From the NCBI RefSeq assembly GCF_009914755.1, contig NC_060931.1: DNA of 64,000 bases; one strand, 5' to 3'. The notes beneath the pieces are model-generated. The model saw only the letters and a program-made list of their open reading frames with translations. It did no database searches and had not been told where the DNA came from. Of the stretch, positions 39,871 to 55,221 are shown piece by piece. The position numbers and the translations under genes were made by a program. Positions within the stretch are counted from its first letter, which is position 1. Each line of letters opens with the position of its first letter. Source of the stretch: the human T2T-CHM13v2.0 reference genome, Homo sapiens.

Positions 39871-40829
39871 AAGCTCATTTGCCCTCTGGTTTCTTTTTGT
39901 ATCTAGCTAAATGGAGGAACCAGCAAGAAATCTAATGTCAGGATAGTGTTTCTCTACCAGAGGCTACAACTTCTGTAGACTCATTCTCTCCTACAGCTGC
40001 ACGTCTTGCTTTTGCCCTTTACTTCTTCAGATGTGGTGTTGGTGATGCCCCACCCTCATCAACTATCATTGCTATTCTGGGGGTGCTTCACATTGCATAG
40101 TTAGTTTTGCTTAACATGTTTGTAGATTAGTTCATTCATAAAGTGATCCTCAGTTACCTTGTTTGAGTGTATCTGGCTTATCTGTTTCATGCAGCCCAAG
40201 ATACAGTAAGAAGGAGTTTGATAGAATATTTCTTCATAACATATCAACAGCCACACATTTCCCAGCTGGAATACAGTAATGGCCACCTTATCTTCCATAA
40301 ACAACTCCTTCCAGATCTTAAGAGATGTTATCTAAGGTACACTATTTACATGTATCAATTTTGGAATCAGTTCAGATGCATTTAAATGCAAGTGATACCA
40401 AATTCAAGTGCTTGTAAATTAAACCTGTGACATTTACAATTTTTGAACAGAAATCATACAGAGAAATACATTTTTCCTAGGGAACATTATATGAAGTAAT
40501 ACATCCATATATAAACCAAAACAAATGTTACAAAAATTATAGTTGCAAACAGTACCTGTACTGCATTATGCAGTTTTCTATTCCATTCTGTGCTTCTCAG
40601 AAAATATTCTATTGCCTTCTTACATTTATTTCATGTTCAACTCACAGCCTTGCGTTTGAAAAATACTGACTACAACTCTAAGGACATTTACACAAAGCCA
40701 CTCTTAGATACAAAGGAGCCTAGGAAAATGAATAGCTAATCATTTAACCTCTTTAGTAGGATATGGAAAGTGTGTGTGTGTGGGGGCAACATTTGAAAAA
40801 GCTGTAAAATAAACAATGATATCTGCAAA

Positions 40830-42330
40830 AAAAAATACTTACCAGGAAGGAAAAGCAAGTACCATCTTAAGTGGTGAAATATCAAAGCTATTTTCATTAA
40901 AATTATGATCAATTCAGAAATCCCCATTAGCATTATTTCCATTTAAATATGATTTTGGGGGATGACTTACAACAAGAAGACAATAAAATAATGTAAGTTA
41001 TATAAATATTAGAAAAATGTGATGTATAACATGACAAAAATTTAAATAAAATGTAGAGTTACTAGAATTAATGTAAAATTTTGGCAAGCTGACTAAATAC
41101 AAAATAAATAGCCAAAAATTATTTTTTTTACTAAACAAGCAATATCAAGGAAGAAATAAAAAATAAGACAATTCACTATTAGAACATTTGTTTATATTAG
41201 CATAATTACTAATTTTCCAATAATATTATGTATAGAAATCTACCCTACACAATACAATTACTGTCAGAAAAAATATATTACTAGCAGTGTTATTTATATT
41301 GATGCTGCCTCAAAATTTTCTTTAAATCTGAAAACTGACAGACTAATTAATAAATTGTGCCATATTTCTACTATGTAAATTCTTATATGCAAATATTTAT
41401 GCATATTTATACTATATCCATCTAGAAATGAATGAATATAAGGTAATATGTTTATGACCTTGTAATAGGCAAACATTATCTTAAGACACAAACTGCATAA
41501 CAATAAAAGAAAAAATTATATTTTATCAAAGCTAAAAACTTTGGTTTAATCAATAACATTAAGAAAATAAAGGAAAAGAAGTAGGGTAAAAATAATCAAT
41601 ATACAGGTATCTGATAAAGAACCCGTATCTGATATATTTTAGAACATTAGAAATAGAAAACAGTGAAATTAAATCAATTAAGAGAAAAGACTCAATCAGC
41701 TTACAAAAGAAAATACATGAATGACTTATAAGCACAGGAAAAGTCGCTCCACAACCTCAATTAGAAACAACTTCATACAAACTAGAATTGAATGTTATGG
41801 CAATTTATAAGTTAAACATACCCCTATCTAATGAGTCAGCAACTCATAGGTATTTGCCCAATTAAAACAGAAATGTATGTGCACAAAAAAGAACTATAAA
41901 AGAATTATCATAGCAGCCTTATTTGTAACAATAACTGAAAACAATTCAACCACTTATCAAGAGGAAACTGGTTAAGAAACTGATGGTATATTTATACTAC
42001 TGAATAATAATTAACAATAATAAACAGGTGATTCTTACAAGCATCATTCTTAAAAGCATTTTATTGAGCAATAGGAGCCAAGCATAATAAAAACATATCC
42101 ACTAACTTAAAGGACAAGAATAGGCAAATACACAAATCAGAGGTGACCGTCTTCAGGGATAAATAGAAAATAGATAATAGTTCCATTCTCCTATAATGGA
42201 ACTATTCTAAGGAGTAAGTGGGTAGTTGCAAAAGTTGTTTTTTGTTTGGTGTTTTTTTTTGTTTTTTCAAAATTTCTCGAACTATACAATTAAGATCTGG
42301 GCATGTTTCTGTAAATATATCTCATTTTAA
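40830..42330 (+). mobile_element. Highly decayed L1ME ORF2/3'UTR fragments
   Basis: tatctgataaagaacccgtatc...catagcagccttatttgtaac... Confidence 0.6.
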
Positions 42331-43244
42331 AATTATTGATTAGAAATACTAAATCATGACATATCCAAGTTTATTTTTATAGCAGACGTATCTATTGTAG
42401 TATCTTAAAATCCTTATTCACTGATATTAATTTTGCTAATTTTTTATAAGAAAAAACAAGCAAATTAACCGGTAGCAGTAAAAATTAATTTTAATTAATT
42501 GTTTTCTGTATGGTGGTATGGTTTATTGGAAATAGCACTGGCATAGGGTTTAGGTGATGCTTTTTTTTTGTCTTGGTCCTATGATTAATCTTCACAAATA
42601 CATTAAACACTATGCCATTAATTTTCTTTTCTGTGAAATAAGTCGGTGCACCACTTATCAATGCACTTTCCTTCAGCTCCACGTTTACCCTTCATTGCTT
42701 GCTCTGCAAAAATGAAGATGGATCTTTCAAATACTTTTTCTTTGCATGATGAAAAGAAAAATGGTGTGATGTTAGGTAGAAGATGCTGGATGGACATTGA
42801 AGAGGAAATGTAGGTTGTCTCTTCCTGGTTCTTGTACATTTTTCTCCCCAGGCTCCTGCAGTGTGTAGTTTCTCCCATGTCTGCTTCCTGCAATGAATAG
42901 CTTTTCCAGTGTCCAGTTCCTGTGACATGCAACAGTCAAGGGGACCCAGGGCCCATCAGCTTCTCCCAGTACACACTCTGGCGATGTCAATACGTAGTGC
43001 CACCAGTGAGGTACCTCCCTTTAAATGGCCTCACTGCATTTCTTCAGGATAATCTGCAGCAAGTTCTGGGCATGAGACTTCTCTGCGGGCAGATTGCTGT
43101 AGCACCTCAAAGGGAAGATTTTCATCAATTTCCATGAGTATACTGTATCAGTGATTTCTTCATCATCTGCTACATCATGACCACACTCTTCCCATTGAGG
43201 CCTTGGTTTCTTCCATGAGTGAAAACTGTGTCTTTCTAGCATAA

Positions 43245-44111
<867 letters not shown>

Positions 44112-44236
44112 GATGCTCTCTCCGAATGCAAGTGATAATGGCTCTTTCTGTTTTCTGAGCTCCTTAGGGTTCCTTTTAGTTCTTACTAGCCAGTCTCCTG
44201 TTACTTCAATATCCTGCTGTAATTAATTCTTCATAT

Positions 44237-45052
44237 CATAGAAACTTTGTCTATAAAGTGTAAAATAATAAACATTCCATGCTTTCAGAACAAATATGGT
44301 CCCTGTCATACATTGATACAAGAGTTAAGAAGAAATCACTTAGGCAAATAGTGAGGGTATGGAAGTCCTCGGTAAGGCTTTTATTTTTAATAAAATGCAG
44401 CCCTAAATTGTTTTCTAACAAAGAACATCCTGTAAAGTCGAGCAGCAGACATAAACAAGCAAGCTGGGAGCTTGCACGGGTGAATGCTAGCAGGAACTAA
44501 GGACTAGACATGCTCAAGATAGTGGCTCCATCTTCCCTTCTCTGCCAGCCATGTGTACAGTAAGAAGCAGACAAGATGGCCCTAATCAACTGGAAAGCCC
44601 ATTTTCATAGTAAGATTAGGGTGGGGTGACCCACCTTCCCCATGCACTATATAACCATCATACCTGATCAAACCAATCTGTGAGCCCTATGTAAATCAGA
44701 CACTGCCTCCTCAAACCTGACTATAAAATTCAGCCCTTCTGCCACACGCTGGTCCTTTCTGCTCAGACATCCCTGTTTCTATAGAGAGAACTGTTTCTCT
44801 TTCTCTTCTGCCTATTAAACCTCCGCTCCTAAACTCCTTGTGTGTGTCTGTGTCCTAAATTTTCCTGGCCTATGGCAACAAACCTCAGGGTATATACCCC
44901 AGACAATGTAGATGCTTCAGTATGCTATTTTTGGTTTTGGTATTTTAACAAATTTTAAAATCTTAAAACTTAAAAGTCATTCCTAGCTCACAGGCCATAC
45001 AAAAACAGGTTATGGGCCAGATTTGGCCCATGGGCCATAGTTTTCTCTTCTC
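44237..45052 (+). mobile_element. MER58-type hAT-Charlie element split by LTR9
   Basis: aaactttgtctataaag...tatggtccctgtc | ...tagctcacaggccatacaaaaacagg...gggccagatttggccc. Confidence 0.7.
44314..44919 (+). mobile_element. Solo LTR9-like (ERV1, HUERS-P3 group)
   Basis: tgatacaagagttaagaagaaatcacttaggc...ctataaaa...attaaac...gcttca; about 606 bp. Confidence 0.85.
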
Positions 45053-45123
45053 TTTCATATATTCAACTTTTCCTAGTCAAATAGCTTTGTGGTTTCTGTT
45101 TCCTGGTTGGATCTGCAGTGAAA

Positions 45124-47435
45124 GGAGATAGATTCTGAAAGATGAGAGTCTTTGTGGTTTCAGGCTTGAGTGCAGTGCTGAGCAATAAGGGGCAATAAGG
45201 AAAGGGATACCTCTTGGTAATCCGTGGCATGCAATGGCATCATGATTAAGCAAGCTATCTCCTGTGGTTGATGAAGTCTCAGTTGAAACAAGTCCCTTGG
45301 AGGCTCAAGAGCCTGCTGCACTAGACCAGTGTAGTAGTAGCAATGACCAGAAGGACTTTGGTATGAGAGAATATTTTTTAGTGCACTTGAACAAAAACAA
45401 AAAGAAAATGAGTTTAGATATTTCAACTTTAATTCAGATGAATATCTTATTCCTTTATAGCTACAGGGTTGATATTGTTTTAAATAAAGCACATTTAATT
45501 GTGTAATTGAACTCAATCTCATCAAGTATCTCACATGAAAGAGTATCAACTAGGAAAAGATAGGATCCTGAAATTTGGAATAAGGATATCTGGTTGAATT
45601 TAGATGACAGTCTTGAACCTCCAAGTCACTCTGAGCCTGCCTTAGTAGTGGAAGTAGCTTTCCTTACACTACTAAGTATATGAGGAGACTGGCCATCTTC
45701 CACATTAAAAAAAAAAAAAAAAAGAAAACTTTGCTAAATTCATCTGACTTTGATGCCTTCAAAAAAGATGATCATTCTTCTTAATATGCATAACTACTCC
45801 TTGTGGTCACTTGACCCCTAACTAAGGGGCAAGAACACATGACATCTAAGAAAATACCTTATACATCAAAAGAATGATCCAAAAACATTGATAACGTATC
45901 AGTAGAAATTTGAAGAACATATGTGAGAGAGGATTCTAAGGGTGTTAGACCAAGGAGTGTGGACTATAACATTGAATTCATTAACATGATGCACTTAATA
46001 AAGATTCTGAATTTAATATGCTAGTTTGTTCAGGTTGAAATAGCTCTTACTGCTTACTTGTTTGATTGACTTAAACTTGGGCACAAAGTTTGCTGATATT
46101 TAATGAGGATGAAGTGTCAGATTTTCCCTGGCACGATGTAGAGAAATGAATCCAAAAGTTGAATTTATCATGTGTGACATGCTAAGTAATGACATATGAC
46201 ATGTTTCTCCCAGATGCAGTCAATAAAAAAATTCAAAAGCTACATCCTTCAATAAGCTGTTGAGAAACGTATTAATGAGGGGAACATCTACATCCTTAGG
46301 TTCTTCTTCCTTTTAGGCCAGTTATAATTGTAGGGCATGCCAGCATTAAAATAAGCTCAGTGACTTAATGTGAGTGATGAGATCCCAGAGCAGCACAGGA
46401 CAAGTGACAGAACTCAACTGCCAAAGACAAAGTGGCAACATAAAGGGATGCAGGGATGTACTAATATACAGAATGCCTTGACCCTCAGAAATCTTAGGAA
46501 TGTAATAGATGGGAAGACCACTAGCATATCACTTGATCTATATAACATTGAAAACTTCAGTTATGGAAGCCAAAAAAATCCTGACTTGATTTGGTACCCT
46601 GAATAGTCACATTCTCAGTCTGGTTTCCAGACTTAAGTCAATACAGAGACCCAGAGCTTCTTGATTAATAAAGAGGAAAGTGTTTCTTGAAGAAGGACCT
46701 TGCACTGTTGCTGCAAATACGTGTCACAAATGTTCTCTAAACATTCCCCAAATGCCTGCGACCATGGCTAGACAGACTATACTTAGGGAAACATGAAATA
46801 CCCATACTTTTTGAGATAAATAGACCTGGCTTTGAAATGACAGTAATTTCTGAGGACCCAAAATGTCACTGTTGCCACAGTGGAGTTCTGTGGTGATCAA
46901 GTCCTAGTTGTAGTCTTAGCTCAAGTCTGACTCAGGGGTCCTAGTTAGTTCATAAATCCACCCTAATTATTATCCTACTTCCTGAATGTACAAATAGAAT
47001 AAACATACTTGGGTACTACAGAATTCCCACATTTCCTTTCTGACCCTTGACGTGAGGGCAATTATAGTAGAAAAGGCTATGTTATAATCTCTGGAACTTT
47101 CATTCCCTAGAAAGATAATGTAACAGAACCAATAACACATCCTAGAGGGTGCTGTGAAGATTATTGCCATCATCAAAGATTTTAAAGAAGCATTATAAAG
47201 TATTCAGTGGGGCTATGATGTACTTTGAGTAGTACTTAGTATTGCCAGCAATGAATACAGTGACTGTTGGGCTATGACTTCTAACTTGGGAGTAAGTGTG
47301 ATGACTTTTTCACTTGTAAAAATAGCTGTATCCTATTAGATAAATATAAACACTTTATTAAGTATTTTATTATTGTATATATTCAAATATGTGTAGAAGG
47401 GTTCATATGGATGGTGACTAGCCAAAGAGACGGAC
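45124..47435 (+). pseudogene. Decayed ERVL internal region (gag, protease, start of pol; rest deleted)
   Basis: DPEIWNKDIW-like motif near 45560; ILRVLDQG near 45930; GDPKCHC-like protease region near 46850; IIAIIKDFKEA near 47160. Confidence 0.75.
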
Positions 47436-47812
47436 TATCCTAGATATTAATATATTAATTATAGTATAATGTTAATACATTAGTTAATTATATGTAATAT
47501 ATGTTAATGTATGAAATTAATAAAATAATTATAATATTTAAAAATCTGTATTTCACTGCTTGCTCTGGAAAAGTGGAACTGGGCCTTTTAGAGACTGTTC
47601 CTTTGTCAGCTGGTACAATATTAAGTGCTTTCAATAGATACCACTAAAAGGACACTGAAGGTGGAAGGAGTTTTTCAGTTGCTGCTTCAAGTATGCTGCT
47701 CTCACCAGATTCCTATATCATGTGGTTTCTTCAGGGCTTAGCTCCTCACTTATTTCTCTGTCATCCATTGAAGCACAGATAATCCCTCTCCAGAAAAAGC
47801 ATTGATCTCAGC

Positions 47813-50800
47813 TGATATGGTTTGTCTGTGTCCCCACTCAAATCTCATCTTGAATTTTATCTCCCATAATCCTCACTTGTCATGAGAGACACCTGATGGG
47901 AGGCAGCTAAATCACGGGGTCAGGTTTTTCCCATGTTATTCTCATGGTAGTGAATAAGCCTCATGAGATCTGATGGTTTTATAAAGGGCAGATCCCCTGC
48001 ACACGATCTCTTGCCTGCCACCATGTGACACGTGCCTTTGCTTCTCCTTCACCTTCCGCCATGATTGTGAGGCCTCCCCAGCCATGTGGAACCATGAGTC
48101 CATTAAACCTCTTTCCTTTATAAATTACCCAGTCTCAGGTATGTCTTTATAGCAGCGTGAGAACAAACTAATGCAATAAATTGGTACTGGTAAAGTGGGG
48201 TGCTGCTGTAAAGACACCCAAAAATGTGAAAGTGAATTTGGAACTTTGTGACAGGCAGAGGTTGGAACAGTTTGGAAGGCTCAGAAGAAGACAGGGAAAT
48301 GTGGGAAAATTTGGAACTTCCTAAAGACTTGTTGAACGGCTTTGACCAAAATGCTGATAGTGATACGAACAATAAAGTCCAGGCTGAGGTGGTCTCAGAT
48401 GGAGATGAGAAACTTTTTGGGAACAGAAGTAAAGGTCACTCTTGATATGCAAAGAGGCTGGTGGTATTTTGCTCCTACCCTAGAGATTTGTGGAACGTTG
48501 AACTTGAGAGAGATGACTTACTGTATCTTGTGGAAGAAATTTCTAAGCAGAAAAGCATTCAAGATGTGACAGAGCGTAAAAGTTTGGAAAAATTGCAGCC
48601 TGATGATGCAGTAGTAAGGAAAAAAACACATTTTCTGGGGAGAAATTCAAGCTGGCTACAGAAATTTACATAAGAAACAAGGAGCCAAATGCTAATCATC
48701 AAGACAATGGGGAAAATATGCCTAGGATATGTCAGAAACCTGTGTGGCAGCCCCTATCACAGGCCCAGAAGCCTAGGAGGGAAAAATAGTATCCTGGACT
48801 AGGTCCAGGGCAACCCTCCTAATGCAGCCTGGGAACTTGGTGACCTGCATCCCAGCCACTCCAGCATGACTGAAAGGGACAAAGATACAGCTCAGGCCAT
48901 TGCTTCAGAGGGTGCAAGCCCCAAATCTTGGCAGCTTCCATGTGGTGTTGGGGCTGCAGGTGCATAGAAGACAAGAACTGAGATTTGGGAACTAATATGG
49001 TTTGGCTGTGTCTCCACCCAAATCTCATCTTGAGTTGTAGCTCCCACAATTCCCACATGTTGTGGGAAGGACCTAGTGGGAGGTAATTGGATCATGGAGG
49101 TGGGTCTTTCCTGTGCTGTTCTTGTGGTAGTGAATAAGTCTCAAGAAATCTTGATGGATTTATAAAAATCACAAGTCCTCTCTTGCCCACCATCATGTAA
49201 GAAGTCCCTTTGCTCTTCATACATCTTTTGCCATGATTGTGAGGCCTCCCCAGCCATGTGGAACTGTGAGTCCATTAAACCTCTTTTTATTTTATAAATT
49301 ACCCAGTCTCAAGTATGTCTTTATCAGCAATGTGAAAATGAACTAATACAGTAAATTGGTACAAGTGGGGCACTGCTGTTAAGATACCTGAAAATATAGA
49401 AGTGACTTTGGAACTAGGTAACAGGCAGAAGTTGGAACAGTTTGGAGGGCTCAGAAGAAGATAGGAAAATGTGGGAAAGTTTGGAACTTCCTAGAGACTT
49501 GCTGAATGGCTTTGGCCAAAATGCTGATAGTGATATGGACAATGAAATCCAGGCTGAAGTGGTCTCAGATGGAGATGAGAAACTTGTTGGGAACTGGAAC
49601 TAAGATGACTCTTGCTATGCTTTAGCAAGGAGACTGGCTGCATTTTTTCCCTGCCCTAGAGATATGTGGAACTTTGAACCTGAGGAAGATGATTTAGGGT
49701 AGGTGGCAGAAGAAATTTCTAAGCAGCAAAGCATTCAAAAGATTATTTGGTTCCTGTTAAGTGCATTCAGTTTTAAAATGGAAGCAGAGTATAGAAGTTC
49801 AGAAAATTTGCAGGCAGACAATGTGATAGGAAAGAAAACCCCATTTTCTGAGGAGAAATTCAAGCTGTTGGCTGCAGAAATTTGCGTAAGTAATAAGTAG
49901 CCAAATGTTAGTCCCCAAGACAGTGGGGAAAATGTCTCCAGTGTAAGTCAGAGATCTTCACAGCAGCCCCTCTCATCACAGGCCTGGAGGCCTCGAGACA
50001 AAAGTAGTTTCATGAGCTGGGCCCAGGGTCCCTCTTCTGTGTGCAGTCTAGGGACTTGGTGTCCTTCATCCCAGCTGCTCCAGCTTTGGCTAAAAGGGGC
50101 CAACCTACAGCTCTGGGCTTGGTTTCAGAGGAGGCAAGCCCCAAGCCTTGGCAGCATCCACATGGTATTGAGCCTGTGGGTACAGAGAAGTCAAGAATTG
50201 AGATTTGGGAACCTCTGGCTAGATTTCAGAGGTTTTATGGAAACACCTGGATGTCCAGGCATAAGTTTGCTGCAGAGGTGGTACCCTCATGGAGAACCTC
50301 TTCTAGGGCAGTGTGGAAGGAAAATGAGGGGTTGATATTCCCGCACAGAGCCCGCACTGGGGCACTGACTAGTGGACCTGTGAGAAGAGGGCCACCGTCC
50401 TCCAGACCCCAGAATGGCAGATCCACCAAAAGCTTGCAATCTGTGCCTGAGAAAGCCACAGACACTCAATGTCAGCTGTGAAAGCAGCCAGCAGGGGGGC
50501 TGTACCCTGCAAAACCACATGGGTAGACTTGTCCAAGGCCATGGGAGCCCACTTCTTGCATCAGCAAGACCTGGATGTGAGACGTGGAGTCAAAAGAGAT
50601 CATTTTGGAACTTTAAGGTTTAATGACTGCCCTCCTGGATTTCAGACTTGCACAAAAGGCCTGTAGCCCCTTTGTTTTGGCCAATTTCTCCCATTTGGAA
50701 CAGGTGTATTTTCCCAATGCCTGTGCTCCCATTGCATCTAGGAAATAGATAAGTTGTTTTGATTTTACAGGCTCCTAGGTAGAAGGGACTTGCCCTGTCT

Positions 50801-51287
50801 CAGATGAGACTTTGGACTTGGTTTTTTGAGTTAATGCTGGATTGAGTTAAGACTTTGAGGGACTGTTGGATAGGCCTGATTGGTTTTGAAATGTGAGGAC
50901 ATGAGATTTGGGAGGGGCCAGGGTGGAATGATACAAGTTGACTGTGTCTCCACCTAAATCTCATCTTGAATTGTAGCTCCCATAATCCCCACATGTCATA
51001 AAAGGGACTCAGTGAAAGGGAATTGAATCATGGGGGTGGGTTTTTCCCATGCTGTTCTCATAACAGTGAATAATTCTCATGAGATCTGATGGTTTTATAA
51101 AGGGCAGTTCACCTACAGTCTCTTGCCTGATGCCATGTAAGACAAGCCTTTGCTCCTCCTTCACCTCCTGCCATGATTGTGAGGCCTCCACACATGTGTG
51201 GAACTGTGAGTCCATTAAACATCTTTCCTTTATAAATTACCCAGTCTTGGATATCTCCTTATAGAAACATGACAATGGACTAATACA
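47813..51287 (+). mobile_element. THE1 (THE1A/B) MaLR composite: LTR-partial int-LTR-int-LTR
   Basis: LTRs at 47813-48175, 48993-49350, 50929-51287; outer 5-bp TSD TCAGC at 47808-47812 and 51288-51292. Confidence 0.93.
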
Positions 51288-52630
51288 TCAGCCCTGTGAA
51301 TGGCGACCTCTTTTTTGAGCACTCTTCTTCAGTCTTAGGTAGTGTTAAAATCTATGATTTCTGAACTTTATAGAGTTCCATTTATTTCTTACTATCCTAC
51401 ATCTCATTACTCCTGTTTCTATCATAGTTAATTACTTGTTTTTGAACTTCCCCTCATTCAATTACTGTGTGTTTTGTGTCACCGGCTTGGCCCTTAACTA
51501 ATACAGTTGGTTAGATTATATAATGCTTAAGATCCGTTCTGGCACTAGATGTAATTATTCTTTCATGATTGCAAAGCAAAACTTCTTATTTTCCTTTGAT
51601 GAACTACATTATAGGATATGCAAAAACAACAATTAAAATACCTTTGATTCATGACACTCATATAACATGTTAGACAACATTACTTTTTATAAATTAGCTG
51701 TAATGCAGAGCTCTATTTTTCCTAACCATAGGACAAATTAAAATTGCTTTAACTTATAGTATTAATTATATATTCATCTCTGTTTTCAAAAAGAAAGAAT
51801 TGCCAGGCTCCTTGGAAAAGGGTCATGTTTCCTAATCCCAGTTAAATATTCTGCATTAGAGTGATGCTTCCTTCTTAAGCACCATGTAAAAAACATGATA
51901 TATATTTGCCTCACAGTAGTATTAAAATAGGCTGTATGTAATATTTCAGTTTATTGTTAATTAAAATAAATTAAGAAAAAATGGAAGCATGATAGTGAAC
52001 TCATTATAATTCACTTTGAAAGAAATATATTTCACATTGTGAGGAACAGAAAATTAAGACATATTCCACTTAGTACAATGGAGTTTTCAAGGAAGGCTCT
52101 ATACCCCTTTTGATATTGTGTTCTTATTAATATTAAAATGATGATATCATTGCCATTTTATAACTCCTTCATTTCTCTTCCTAAATACATGTTCCTAAAA
52201 GATAATGACAATCATCAAGTTTACAAATTCCATGAGGTCCTGCAAAAGATAAGAATTTTTCATACATTAAAATATGCATTAGCATGAATATCCTGAAGAC
52301 AAGAAAACACCTTAGGTCCAGACAGAAGAAAAACACTGGGGAAAACAGAGAAAAAGTAAACTGTAAAATGTTAAGGGGAATAAAAACAGTAAATTGATGA
52401 CATGGGAAATCATTAAGTTTTTGCAATTTATTTTTTTTAATCTTCTGAATATATTGGGAATACATATTAAAATTTAGAGGTGTGAATACTGTATATGCTT
52501 AACTCAAATAATTCTGATTGAAGCATATTAAACACTTGATTAACTGCCAAAAATAGAACACTTTTTTTCTGAATTTCCTTCTAACCAGCACGGTTTTTAA
52601 TATCAACTAGTTTAATAAAAGTATTAAGGA

Positions 52631-53176
52631 TGTGATAAGCCTTGAAAATAGCATCCTATAATCTTCGTCTATTTATATGCATGCCCTTGTATAATCTTCT
52701 CTCCTTGCGTGCAAAGAGTTTACATTGACTCAATTTTAATGAATAGAATATGGCAGAAATGGCAGGATATCAATTGTAAGATATAAAATGGTTGAAAATT
52801 TCATCTTCATGCATTCTCTGTCTTTCTCTCTCTCTTTCTCTCTCTCCTTCACTTTCTCTTTTTCTCTCTCCCTCAGAACTCTCACACTAGGGGGAAACAA
52901 GCTGTCTACAGGACAGAGAATTAATGTCAAAACTCAAGAGACATGAGAGCTATAAAGAGCCACATGAGTGGATCCTTTTCCCAGTTGAGCCTTTGGATGA
53001 CTACAGCCCAGCCAATGTCTTGATTACTATCTTGTGAGAGACCTTGGGCCAGAGGCACCTAATTAAGGCATGCCCAGAATCCTGGCCTCCAGAAACTGCA
53101 AGATAACAAATGTTGGTCGTTTTAGACTGCTAGGTTTGGAAATAATTTATTACACAAGATTAGAAAAGTAAATATA
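52631..53176 (+). mobile_element. MLT1E/F-like MaLR solo LTR with internal (TC)n
   Basis: aatagaatatggcagaa...ccagttgagcctttggatgactacagccc...ttttagactgctaggtttgg. Confidence 0.75.
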
Positions 53177-54947
53177 TGCAAAATATATATCAGAATAGCA
53201 GGCAAGAGAGTAGACATATGAATATGAATTATTGATTCAGATGTACAGAATACAGCAGCAATGAAAAATTGAATATTTAAAATATGCAGAGAGTCCTTGT
53301 TTGAGAAAATAAATTTACTACTTAATCTTGATGAGTTTTTATATACACCTCAAAATCAGCACCTTCCCAAAGGTGTTGCTTTATATTTGTATATATCAGT
53401 AGCAAGTTCAAGTAAATCATCTATGATTTATTCATATATACAATGAAGTTAATACAATGAATTGTCATGGTTCTTGTGGGAAATCCATGTGTGAAGCCAT
53501 TTAAAGTACACTTTAATGGTAACTGGCATATTTTAAGCAATCCAATCACTACATTTTCCACCTCTTCTTTTCCTTACCTTTCCTGAACTTCTTTAATGAT
53601 CATGCTTATTTCAAGCTGTCCCATTCCTCCTTATCTTCACTCAGACATTTTTTTAAAGACACTATAAGAAAGTCTGAGAAAAATAAAGCATATCTAGTAA
53701 CCTTGAAATACGCTAAAAGAGTTTTAAACAAAAAAAGCTGATCCCTTGAGTAAAAAGAAATCTTTCATGGGGGCCTAGAGACCAGCAAGCCCAGACAGCC
53801 ACATGATACTGCCAATATCTGTGTACTCAACCCTGGAGCCTGGGATCAGTTTACTCACCCCACCAGAAACACCACCAATTCGTGCAAGCCCCGTCAGGCA
53901 CCAGAGGACTGACGTGACATTGCCAGCACAAGCACTTGTGCCTCTTGTTCAGGGATCCAAGAAACATATTACCCAAGGCCTGATGACTCTGCTACTGGCA
54001 CCTGATTGTGCCACCCAGGAACCCAAGGACTGCCTTACCTGGACCACTGGTGCTCACACAGTGCACCTAAGGTAGAAAGACTGGCTCACTTGAGGTAGAA
54101 CACTAGTGGTGCCTACATGTGCTACCTAGGAGCCAGAGGATTGGTTTACCAATGATTATGAAATCATATTAACATACAAAACTCACTGGAAGAGCAGATA
54201 CACAAATGAGAAAGGGAAAGGAAACAAAAGTTATCACTAAGGAAAGCCACCAATTCATAAAGATAAGCAATAATAGAGGAAGAAAAGAACAAAGAATATG
54301 CAAAACAATCCGAAAACAATCAACACAATGTCAGGAGTAAGTCTTCCCCAACCGATAACAACCTTGAATGTGAATGGTTTAAATTCTTCAATTAAAAGAT
54401 AGACTGGTTGAATGGATTAAAAAAAAAAAAAAAAGACCGAGCTATATCCTGCTAGAAGAAATTCAGTTTATCTGTAAAAACACACATAGACTGAGTCAAA
54501 GTTGGAAAAGTATATCCCATAAAAATAAGAGCTAAAAGCATGCAAGAGTAGCTATGTTTATATCTGACGAAATTGACTTTAAGTAAAAAAAAAAAGACAA
54601 AAAAGCTCATTATATAATCATAAAGGTACCAGTTTATCAGAAGAATATATCCATTGTAAATGTATTATGTATACACCCAACACTGGAGCATTCATTTATG
54701 TAAGGCAAATATTAGTATTAAAGAGATAGATGAACCTCAAAACAAAAATATTTGGAGATTTCAACACCCAACTTCCAGCATTGTAAATATCATCTAGACA
54801 CAATATCAACAAAGAAACACAGGGATTAAACTAAAACATAGACCAAATGGAACTAACAATTACAGAATCTTTTATCCAATCACTGCAGAATACATATTCT
54901 TCTCATCAGCACAAGTGATATTCTCCAGGATAGACCATATGTCAGGC

Positions 54948-55221
54948 CACAAAATGAGTCACAATAAATTTAAAACAAACAAGTCACAGTAAGTTTAAAA
55001 CAAAATTATTTCAAGTAACTTTTCACACCAAAATGGAATAAAAGTAGAAATCAATAACAAGAGGACCATGGCAAACTAAACAAACACAAAATGAGTCACA
55101 ATAAATTTAAAACAAACAAGTCACAGTAAGTTTAAAACAAAATTATTTCAAGTAACTTTTCACACCAAAATGGAATAAAAGTAGAAATCAATAACAAGAG
55201 GACCATGGCAAACTAAACAAA
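54948..55221. repeat. Perfect 137-bp tandem duplication
   Basis: 54948-55084 identical to 55085-55221 by eye. Confidence 0.95.

Noticed and set aside
50012-50666. ORFs of 65-146 aa
   Set aside because: Fragments of THE1 internal sequence, not an intact gene
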